Below are positions 1 to 10,501 of a DNA stretch of 30,162 nucleotides, piece by piece (positions within the stretch are counted from its first letter, which is position 1; the number at the start of each line of letters is the position of its first letter). The position numbers and the translations under genes are program-made. The stretch comes from Vermamoeba vermiformis (Eukaryota): positions 496,001 through 526,162 of the forward strand of contig JBEWZL010000101.1 in the NCBI GenBank assembly GCA_045837725.1, given 5' to 3'. Below the pieces are notes generated by a model that made no database searches, was not told where the DNA came from, and saw nothing but the letters and a program-made list of their open reading frames with translations.

Positions 1-344
1 AGTTCGTCAAAACGGTTAATTGTACCCGCAGCAAAAAAATGGTGATATGTATGTATTAATCCATCTGCTAATGATATAGTAGCGCAAGAATATATTCGGC
101 TTCCAGTAACGCTGATCTGAGATGTGACTAGCGGGTCAAAAGTTAAAGTACCTACAATTTTGTAAACGGTCAGTTAATGAAAAAATATGATAATTAACAG
201 AATTATTGGGGGTAATTATTATTTTTTCTGTCCATAAATAACGGTACAGCAGAATTCTGATTATTTTCGTTTGTACTTACCTTCGCTAGCATCGCTCAAA
301 TACAGCAAGGAGCACCAAAAAATTAACCATTTAAACCATGCCAT
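1..344 (-). CDS. 5' part of a probable secreted or surface protein; runs off the window start
   Basis: Exon 344-281 encodes MAWFKWLIFWCSLLYLSDASE (signal-peptide-like). Intron 280-152 is GTAAGT...TAG. An open frame follows from 151 to base 1 (GTLTFDPLVTSQISVTGSRIYSCATISLADG...). A possible upstream micro-exon ATG AAG|GTAAGT lies at 439-434. Confidence 0.5.
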
Positions 345-569
345 GGATTGTAGTCGGTTGCAGTTGTGGTGCTATTCGTTTAGAAAAATTAATTTTTATT
401 GTACTGGAATACTTGCCGTGAAAACGGACTTACCTTCATTGATATCAAATCCGATATTTAATTATAGGTAGCTTATTTGCATACCCTTTCGTGTAAATAT
501 TTTATTCTATTCAAAAAATAACAAATTCTGGATCAGATCAACTCTCGAGTTCAAGGTTGAATTTGAATC

Positions 570-3490
570 TTAGTTCAATTTGGCTTGTAAAGCAGCTTCT
601 GAGTTGCCCTTGGCGAGTGCGGCCTTAACTTCAGAAGCAGTAGGCATTTTACCAACATTCATCAATTCGGCGGCTTGAGCGCAGACAGGATCTCTGTTCA
701 TAGAGCAAACAGCGTACTGAAAAATAGTTACATTAGTACATATACATACAAATACTCAATATATATTGGTATTTTCGATTAAGCCACTCAAAACGGTTTG
801 CTTTTCCGATCGGACGGATGTGACAAGGAAAATTCGTTACTTACGATTCTCTCGCCCTTAGCATAGTAAGCAACAAAGTTAAGAGTATCAGGCTCGAAAC
901 CATTCTCAGGCTTGTCGATAATAACGTCGTCGTATTCGAGAGCATAACCCGCGTAACGGATGCTCTTGCCGAAGATGGTAGTCCAGAAGAAAGGAACGCT
1001 GCGAGCAGGAGTGGTCTTACCAACCATATTCCTATTTAAATATATCATTAACATTGCAATCTTCAAAGAACCAAAGTTTGTTTAACGAATCCGATCAGAT
1101 TTCGAAGCAAGATCTTGCTGTAAGATTACTTACAAACCAGCGACCATGCCGTGGTACTGAGCCATGCCCCAGTGTTCAATGCGAACTTCTTTGCCGTCGA
1201 GACCGAAGAAAGGGAATGTGGCCATATCACCAGCAGCCCAGATGCCGTCACCAGCCTTCATGTTCTAGTTGCAAATATAACCATTAGGTCATATATTAAT
1301 ACATGAGACTATTAGCATAATCATCGAATGCTAGCAAAAGTTTAAAGTTTAGCGTAGCGGATCTGATCTTCGAATTTTCGAGTACTTACGACGTCGCACA
1401 TAACAGATTTGTCACGAGGGTTGAACTTGACACCGCTCTTAATGTAACCAGTGCTGGGGATGATACCAGCGCCGAGCACAACAACGTCAGCGGGGATCTG
1501 GTCACCATTGTTCAAGATGACTTCGCAGACAAGGTTGTTCTTAACGATGAATTCCTTAGCAACGGCCTCCATCTTGAATTGAATACCGTTCTTCTCGTGG
1601 AACTGATAGTATAATATGATTAGTATGCATGAACTACTAAGTCTTGCTAAACGTCAAAAAGATCCGGTTGCACTTCGATGGATCCAGCTTGAGGCACCAT
1701 ATAAGCTTGCTATTAATTATTATTATATACCTTGCGCAAAGCAGCACCAACTTGGACACCCAAGACACGTTCGAAGGGAGTCTTTTCCATACCGAGCACA
1801 GTGACGCTCTTGCATTGCTTGACGATGCACGAAGCAGTTTCCATGCCAATGAAGCTGCTGCCAACGATAACGACGTGCTTGCCGTTAGTAGCGTCGAGCA
1901 CCTTGTTGGCGTCTTCAGCATCACGGAGCACGAAAATGTTCAAGGCGTCGCTGCCGGGGACAGGGAGAGTACGAGCACTATAGGAATATATTAACAAAAA
2001 GAATTGAATTCGTGCAAAGCTACGGTAGATATAATGCTCCTATATAAATGTCATATATGAATGTACTTACAATCCACCAGTAGCCAACAAAGCCATATCG
2101 AAGTCAATGACTTGACCGTCCTTCAATTTAGCGTTCTTGCTCTCACCGTTGAACTCAACAACTTCATTGCCGAGCAAGACTTCAATATCGTAGTTCTTGA
2201 AGAAATCAGCTTGGCGCAAGTAGATCTTGTCGGGCTTGATTGACATAGCCTTGCTCAACTTTGGGCGGTCATAAGGCAACCAGCTTTCTTTGCATGACAT
2301 GACGATGCGACCTGACCACAAACCGTTAAAAAATTGATCGGAGATGATTCCGCGGAACGGTAAATCGTATTGCACCCGATCAAGACCGACAGTCTTTCAA
2401 TAAATATACGTTATATGAATCGATCGAACGATATGATATGGTTAGCTAGAGTTGTAAAGTCGTACCAGTGAATCCGTTTTGTCTGAGAGTTTCAGCGCAA
2501 GTAGTACCAGCGGGACCACCTCCGACAATCAACACAGTGCGTTTGTCACTAGCATCGCGCTTGACCATCTTCTTGGTGCGCTTAGAGGTCTTGACTTCGT
2601 TGGCATCACCAGACACAATAATGTCTTCGCCGACAACTTTAACCTTTAGGAATTAACATTAATTATACGTCATGTACGAAATAAAATATTTTTTTGGCTA
2701 AATTATTGGCGAATGCCGTTAATATTTCGGGATCTGAAAGTTTGTGGATCTCAATAATAAGTTACTTACATCGAAGCAAGGCAAGCTATCCATACCAGGA
2801 AAGTCTTCAATATCACCAGTCTTGCCGTCAAAAGCAGCTCCGTGCCATGGGCAACGAATTCTGCCGTCGCAGTAGGCCTAAAAAAAATCAAAATTAATTA
2901 TTTAATTTAATTATTAATGAGAATAAGAATGTAGCAAAGGTTGGGTTCATTCTTGTAACTACAACAATTAAGCGAATTTTCGTGAACGGATAGGCAAAAA
3001 AAATCGTTAAAATATCTCGATTTCCCAATGTACAGTGGTCATATAATAACAATAACTTGTGCATTATAATAATTCAATACTAAACACTTACACCGGATTT
3101 CAAAGGAGCAGAATAGTGAGTGCACTTTGATCCAACGGCGCTCAATTGACCAGCCTTGTCTTTAACGAGCAAAATCTTGCCCTCGCCGAGTGAGCATTCT
3201 TTTACTCTATTAAATTGATTTTTAATTAGTAAAAAGATTGTTACGAACGGATTCGGATCCAAATCCGTTACTAGCTTGATTGATAATTTCATAATAATAT
3301 TAAAATATTACACTTACTCTCCGTTTTTAATTTCCGAGACCTTCGCCACTACTCCTTCAACAATATTAGCATTGTTGTTATTGTTACCACGAGATGCAGT
3401 TGTGGTAGTGGTCGTGGTGTTAGTAACCTGTTGGTTCTTGCCCAACAAGGCTCTCAAAATATTAACGAATAGAGATAATACAACACCCAT
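570..3490 (-). CDS. AIFM3: AIFM3-like protein: N-terminal Rieske [2Fe-2S] domain plus FAD/NAD pyridine nucleotide-disulfide oxidoreductase; 10 exons
   Basis: Exons 3490-3318, 3206-3092, 2877-2770, 2643-2466, 2311-2071, 1977-1731, 1602-1390, 1264-1134, 1031-845 and 716-570 join in frame through GT-AG introns. Rieske motifs KCTHY and RCPWHGA; FAD motif IVGGGPAG; YDRPKLSK; NAD motif IVGSSFIGME; WAAGD; RIEHW; VPFFWT. Confidence 0.93.
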
Positions 3491-3768
3491 GACGTCTCGT
3501 GTGCTCTTGAGGTCAGAAAACAAAACAAAATCAACGAGCAAAATTTTATTCTTTCACCTGAACCAAAGTACCGTTCTTCCGCGCCGGCGAAGTAACTTTA
3601 ATACGACTGGTTCTAGAGTTTTTAGAATTGGAACCAAATTCGAACTTACAGGGTTTCAAGCCTGAAAACATTGTTCGTTCGTGAAATCCAAAAAAACTTT
3701 ATTTGATTACAACATTGCACAAAAACTCAGCATTGCAATTGAAGCGGATCTATTCAAATTCATATATC
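3491..3768. promoter_or_regulatory. Short divergent (bidirectional) promoter region between the AIFM3-like and persulfide dioxygenase genes
   Basis: Only 278 bp separate the two head-to-head ATGs (3490 on -, 3769 on +). Inferred from gene layout; no TSS data. Confidence 0.5.
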
Positions 3769-5187
3769 ATGCTTCGTACCGTTGTAAATAGCGTTGTAAG
3801 AGTTAAATCAAAGCCGGATCAGGTAACTTCATTAACACAGCTCATAAATTTTATATGACGGTGCGAAAAATAGCCCTATAATTATTATAATTACTATTAA
3901 ATCCTTTTTTGTGCATTTTAAGTAATTGGCTGAATTTTTCAGATGGCGACTCTTCAGAAAAGAGGCTTCTCAACCAAACACTCGGAAAAAGCACCGATAG
4001 TTACAAAGTTTTTTCATCAACAAACAAACTCTTTCAGTTATGTCGTCACAGATCCGGACACAAAAGATTGCGTGGTAATTGATCCCGTTCTTGACTATGA
4101 CCAGGCCAGTGGATCAATATCAACTTCATTTGCTAAGAAAATAGTAGAATATATTAAAGAACATAAATTGGACACCAAATGGATTTTTGAAACACATGTG
4201 CACGCGGATCATTTAACGAGTAAGACACATCCAAAAAACCGAAATTGTTCGTATGGCAATTAAACTATTGCTAATTATATAGGCGCTCAATACGTCAAAG
4301 AGAAGCTCGGAGGTGCTATTGCCATTGGTGAAGGCGTCACTAGTGTTCAAAAGTATTTCAAAAAAGTTTTCAACTTCAAAGAATTCAAAACTGACGGCTC
4401 TCAATTCGATTACCTAATCAAAAATAACGATAAATTTTCATTTGGTATGTATTCGAATACATCGCTGACTAACAATCGTTCTTTCCATGGGATCTGAGGC
4501 CTTCCTAATACTTTTGTGTTACAGGCAAGATGAAGGTTCGTGCATTGCAAACACCTGGTCATACGCCTAGCTGCATCACATATCACATTGGAGATGCTTT
4601 ATTTGTCGGGGATACTCTCTTCATGGTATGTACTAAGATTATACTTATAATGACTTAAGTTCTACAATTTGTATGTTCTTTCTTAACTTTTGTTCAGCCC
4701 GATTTTGGTACCGCTCGATGTGACTTCCCTGGTGGTGACGCCAAAACTTTGTACAAATCAGTGACTGAGAAGATCTATTCATTCCCAGCAACCACTCGAA
4801 TGTTTATGTGTATGTAGATTTGGAGCACAGCAAGTGTCTATTAAGTTAACATGTTGACTATAGGTCATGATTATGCTCCTGGAGGCCGAGAAATTGCATG
4901 GGAAACGACAGGTAACGTTATAACAGATCCGATCTGAAATCGAACTTACTTATAATTGCCTTCATTGAGCAGTGGGGGATCAAAAAAGGCATAATAAGCA
5001 CATTAAAGACAGCACTCCGGAGGAAGAGTTCGTTCGAATGAGGACTGAGCGAGACAAGCAATTATCAGCGCCGAACTTGTTGTACCCTGCTATTCAATTC
5101 AATATGAACGGAGGCAAATTATTTCATAAGGAAGATAACGGAGTGCATTACTTTAAATTGCCGCTAAATACTTTCAAAAAAGATTAA
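3769..5187 (+). CDS. Metallo-beta-lactamase-fold persulfide/sulfur dioxygenase (ETHE1 superfamily, bacterial SdoA/Blh-like type) with a probable mitochondrial presequence; 7 exons
   Basis: Spliced product contains IDPVLDYD, WIFETHVHADHLTSAQYVKEKLGG, DGSQFDYL, TPGHTPSC, FVGDTLFMPDFGTARCDFPGG, CHDYAPGGR, WETTV and C-terminal EDNGVHYFKLPLNTF. The N-terminus MLRTVVNSVVRVKSK is Arg/Ser-rich and acid-poor. Confidence 0.92.
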
Positions 5188-5410
5188 ACGGCGTCTCAAA
5201 TAAAGTCGCGATCAGCTTTGTCGTCGTGGCGCTTCGCTTTGTAGTCTTGTTATGAGAAATCTCTTATAAATACCTTAGTATAAGTTAGTTTCTACAAATT
5301 CGTTTCAATCGAAGATAGTACATCTTCACAATAAGACTTGCCATTTACCCGATCTCGCATTATTTTTTCCATTGCAAGCAGACCAACATACATTATACCT
5401 TTTAGTTTGT

Positions 5411-6219
5411 ATGGAACCAGCAGATAGACCAGTAAAATATGTTGGAGAGAATGACTACAGGCTAAGGCATTGGCTCGGGTTTTTGTGGCAAATTAGCGAA
5501 TTTGTCTCGTTGGCTATTTTATCGTTAGTCGGAATAGTAAGTCATAAATTAAAATACGATATAATATGTCTATAAATATTATATTAAATTAAATTAATTG
5601 ATTCAAATTGACGAATTTTCCAGCATCGTACTTTGCTCGTTATGTGGAAGGTGGAAGCCTTTGGCATCATTTGCATGGTAGCAGGATCATTTTTACATTT
5701 TAATATCACGTTATGTTATTTATTAACATACTGGTACGAATCGAGGTAAGATCCGATCGCGCGCCAAAAAAAGATCTCGCTTATTAACGAACTTGTAGGC
5801 AAATGATTTATAAGAACTACGAAAACGTACCATTTAGAAACCGAAAAGGCGGTTTTTACTTTCTTCTCTGCATTGGTGCCGCATTTTACATGACGATCGG
5901 CCTCGTTATCATCCACATCGTTGGTATCTTCAAAGCGATGTTCAATCCAGCAGAAGACGGTGCAATGCATTTGATACTACTTGCGGGAGATATTAATCTC
6001 GTCAGGCACTTCGTTTCAAAGGCATTGTTGGTTGGCGAGAGGCGAGATGGCAAGTACTCGATATTTGCTGTTACTCCTTTGCTATTAAATTTTCAAATAT
6101 TCGCACAACGACGCGGGCAAGTATTGCAAGTTCAAGAACAACCAAGACCAGGGTTGAATGTGGTATCTGTTCTACCTGATGCGAGGTCTGGGCTAACACA
6201 GAACACTCCTCTTATGTAA
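5411..6219 (+). CDS. Hypothetical multi-pass membrane protein (~220 aa, 3 exons)
   Basis: Exons 5411-5536, 5624-5745 and 5799-6219 join in frame via GTAAG...AG introns. Several hydrophobic segments (FVSLAILSLVGI, FGIICMVAGSFLHF, FYFLLCIGAAFYMTIGLVIIHIVGIF). No family recognised. Confidence 0.65.
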
Positions 6220-6561
6220 AATTATATATGTGTTATTATGTACAGCATGAAGGCACGAGAGGCATATGTAAATAAAGCAGTCTGTCAAGCAAGATCTGAT
6301 CTCATAAGATTCCGTTAGGCGTGCCAACCTGAAGGCTGTTGAGGAGAGAGCTTACATGCGCCCATTATTTGATAATAAATACAGTATAAAATTAGTGCAT
6401 TGTGGCTTGCTAACGCGTGCTTCGGATAATTTTGGAATAAATAACGGCCAAAGCGATTTTTTGCTTTCGTGAGCCTTGAATCAATAGAAGAAGAGAGTGC
6501 ACCATATAAATACCTTCTTTCTTCACTTATTTATTTAAACTATATTTATTATTGCTCGCGA

Positions 6562-9488
6562 ATGAGGCTGAAAGCTCTAGCTCTATTATTACTGTCGTTA
6601 TTGGCGACATCTGCCTTCGCTGCTGAAGGCACAAGTACAGAAAGCAAAGCAGAGGAAGAAGAAGCCGTTATGGGCTTTGGTATGCTGCTATTAATTGGTC
6701 TCTTGGTAGCTACCTTCCTCTTCGGTTATGTATTGCATCAAGTCCACTTTGTCTACCTTCACGAGTCTGGAGTTGGCTTGATTTTAGGTACGCATTATTA
6801 AATGTGGTTTATTTGGTTTAGCAGTTAATTATCTTCCGGGCTATCACTAGATCCGGATAATTTTTGTTATTTTAAAAACTAAAATCCGTTATTGATACTT
6901 CCTTCATATCAAAATTTATTCTTATTATAGCTCGTACAATATGATATTTATTTGTATTTTTTAGGCATTATTGTTGGAGCTTTGATCCGTTTTGTCTCAG
7001 ATGTAGATCAACTGCGCTCTATTGTATCATTTAACCAAGAATTTTTCTTCTTGGTGTTGCTGCCGCCTATTATTTTCGAATCTGGCTATAATATGAAGCG
7101 AGTAAGTTCCATAACAAACCAGAAATATCGAAATTCAAACACGATCAATCAATGGCCCTCGATCTGTCACTACGGATGCGTGCATTTAGCGACAAAATAT
7201 CTTATTTATTTATTTTTAATATATTAGGGCCACTTTTTCTACAATATCGATTCGATCTTGGCAACGGCTCTTGCAGGCACTTTCATATCCATGGTCGTTG
7301 TCGGCTTTTTGACTTACGGAGTCATTGCTGCTGGTAAGTTAGCTTTAAAATAATTATAAGCATGCCTATAATAGGCTTATTATGCTGATTAAGGACAGCT
7401 GAAACTGAAGCGCGCAAATTTTTAATGCTAAATTCAGAACTTGATAATAATAATATTTTTTTGATTATATTTAGCACTAAATTTAATAATACACGAATAT
7501 GATAATATTTAAGCTCAAATGTATATTTATGCAATTAAAATTCCAGCCACAAAATAACGTTACTGGCCAAATATTTCTAACCATTAAAATTATGACTTAA
7601 TTAGGCATGACCCGATTTGGTATGACCATTCTTGACTGCTTCATTTATGGTGCTCTTATTTCTGCCACGGATCCTGTAACCGTCTTGGCCGTCTTCAAGG
7701 CCCTCGGTGTCGACAGCAATGTGTACGCTAACGTCTTCGGTGAGTCAGTACTCAACGACGCCGTCGCCATCGTGTTGTACAGGTACGTTCAGCTCATTAG
7801 AATTAATTATTAAGCTCAAAAACCCGAGCCAAAGTCACGTGTACACGTGCACGTTGCAAAGTCTGATTTGGTTAAGCCAGTATTAATTCTTCTTTTAGAA
7901 CTGTCGTTGGTTTCTTGGACTCTGAATTGAACGCTGCCACGTTCTTTTTGGCTATTTTGAAGTTCATTTACATTTTCATTGGCTCGATCATTGTCGCGGT
8001 CATCATCGGCTTGTTGAACGCTATTGTAAGTCACGTGATTTATTCTTTTGCATGAATATAGACTCACAGTGTCGGCCTCTAGTTGTTCAAGTACACCTCG
8101 TTGTATAAGATGCCTGTGATGGAGACCGTCATTTTGGGTTTGTACGCGTACTTCAGCTACTTGATCGCCGAAGGTTTGTCCTTGTCTGGTATCGTGGCCA
8201 TTTTGTTCTGCGGTATTACTATGGCCCACTACAGCTACAACAACTTGTCCAAGTAAGTCCCACGAAGTGCTTAATCTAACATAATTTTTGGCCGTTCAAG
8301 ATCACGATCCGGATCGGCATCTCAATTTTTTTTTTTCGCTTTGTGAACATAATATTAATGCATTATATTATAGGATTTCTCAACGCTCGACCAAGAGATT
8401 CTTCGAAATTATTGCTATGATGGCTGAGACTTTCGTCTTCATTTACATCGGTTTGGCCATTTTCGTCTTCGATCAGGTACGTACCAATCATAAAGTATTG
8501 ATAAGCTACACGTGGCTAATATTCCTAATTTAGAAATTCGACGTTGCCTTGATCTTGTGGCAACTTCCTATTTTGTTGATTGCCCGTGCGTTGAACGTGT
8601 TCCCGATGGTCGCTCTCGTCAACGCCAACCGCAAGCCCATTCACAAGATGCCGATGACGCAACAAGTCATGATGTGGTTCTCTGGCTTGCGTGGTGCTTT
8701 GGCCTTCTCGTTGACCTTGCACATCCCTTCTGGTGCTGCCACCTTGATTAAGACTACCACGCTCGTCATTGTCTTCTTCACTGTGCTCGTGTTGGGTGGT
8801 TCTACGGTGCCTATGTTGAAGGCGTTGAAGATTAAGGTACGTCTCCAGATCCATTTTTTTTGACCCGTGTCGGATCACAGATCCGCGAAGATTTTTTATT
8901 ATCTTATGTGATAGTATAGCCTTACTAATATTATAATACTATTAGATCGGAGACGGTGGCCACGGCCCATCTGATCCCGAGTCTTTGACTAACCAAGAAC
9001 GCCTTGAAGCTGAGGCCGAAGAGGAGTTTGTGCAGAAGAACAGATTCATGGAATTTGACCGCAATTATCTCAAGCCATTCTTCACGCGTTATTTGCGCAA
9101 GAAGAACATGCCCGGCAACGCTCTTGAGGGTCACCACGAAGAGACCCCGATGGAACTCCAAGTCGATACTGAATTGGAGGCTATGAAGCATGATAAGAAG
9201 CCCATGAGAGAAGGTGAAGTCATTGAAGGTAAGTGCCATATATAGTTAATACTAATAGAGTTGAAATTGCGGTATTGCACGAGCGAGCCAGATCCGATAA
9301 AAAAAAACTATTTTTGACCGAATTAATTTGTTCAATTTAAGCTTGTTTAGCTTATAATTAATACTATTCGATAAAATGTATATTAATAACTATTTTTAGA
9401 TCATCCTTCTGCAGAACACAAAAAGCCGGTCTCGGTCGAACGACAAGGATTGATTGAATCTGATGACGAACAATCAAACCTTGCTTAA
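6562..9488 (+). CDS. Na+/H+ exchanger (CPA1; intracellular NHE8/NHX-like) with N-terminal signal peptide; 10 exons
   Basis: Motifs [81 protein letters not shown] and [11 protein letters not shown]. Exons start at 6562, 6965, 7228, 7605, 7899, 8083, 8374, 8534, 8946 and 9400; stop TAA at 9486-9488. Confidence 0.95.
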
Positions 9489-9587
9489 AGTAACGAACTA
9501 TTGCTTCGTAATATTATTAGGGCGGTTTATATCGCCTTTTAAAATACATTTATTTAATTTTATTGTTTTGAAAATAAATTTTGAAAA

Positions 9588-10209
9588 TTAACTTGATTCT
9601 TGCTTCTCTTTGTTCTCGGCGACATCATCGAGCTTATTAACTAGTTCTACTAATACATCACCATGGCAAGGCGCTGGTTTGCACTATCAACGAATTTAGA
9701 TCGGGATCTGAAATTGAAAGATCAAGGAACTTACCCAACAGCCAAGCACTTTGCCTTTTAATTCCGGTAAATCTTTTAATAATTTTTCGTTTTTCATTAA
9801 ATATTCTCGGTACTTCTCAACGGCGTTTTCATTCGTTTTGAGATCTTTGACTTTGAACGGATTTGCCCATTTGCTCGCTTTTAATCGCCAGCCACCCATG
9901 TTCATAGCTCGGCCGATATATACATCGCAGTCTTGAACAATTTGGCCATTTTTCCGCTTTAATTTCACTACAGTGGTTTTTGCCACCCCTTCAGTCTTTG
10001 TTCTACACGAAAATATTGAATAAATAATTTCAAAAATTTAGAATCTAAAAAATATTTAAAATAAGCAATAATCCGTTTTGGCTCGTCTGATCTCTTAGAT
10101 CTTACTTTTTAAGCGGAGGTTCTTCCTGAGTTAAATGTGATGCATCCGCTTTTCTCTTTTTCTCGTTCTTTTCAAATTTTAGTTTCGTTTGTGTTGTTTT
10201 GTTCGACAT
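9588..10209 (-). CDS. DUF4326 domain-containing protein; 3 exons
   Basis: Exons 10209-10106, 10002-9735 and 9683-9588. Family signature DVYIGR...SKWANPFK...AVEKYREYL...LPELKGKVLGCW|CKPAPCHGDVL, with GCWC..CHGD completed by splicing. Confidence 0.88.
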
Positions 10210-10501
10210 GGCTATTCAAATGAAACTTTTGTGCCGTAAATCAGCCAAAACTGGAAAATTCGACAACAATTCCTGACTTATTGGGTTTGGCCCTGAAGAC
10301 ATAACATGAAATGTGTTCGATTAAGGTTTAAGCTTCATTTTTAAACATGAAGTCGCTGTCGAGAACAATTAAGGCACGAGAACTCAGCTCCCATCTTCGG
10401 CATTAACATTTGCCACGGAAAGGCATAAAAAAACAAAAATCATGCGCGTTGACTTGATTTATTCCGGTACAGAAGGTTGGACTTGCCGTAGTCGATCCCA
10501 T

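Noticed and set aside
1644-1994. Plus-strand ORFs overlapping the AIFM3-like gene (also 1054-1287, 2061-2243, 2468-2656, 3276-3665)
   Set aside because: Antisense shadows of codon-biased exons; no recognisable motifs or splice logic.
3246-3269. Inverted repeat aacggatt-cggatcca-aatccgtt in AIFM3-like intron 1 as a MITE or structured RNA
   Set aside because: Only 8-bp arms and no TSD. Better explained as an instance of the GATC/ATCCG motif cluster.
7816-9239. Minus-strand ORFs of 102-137 aa inside the Na+/H+ exchanger
   Set aside because: Antisense to well-supported exons; explained by codon bias.
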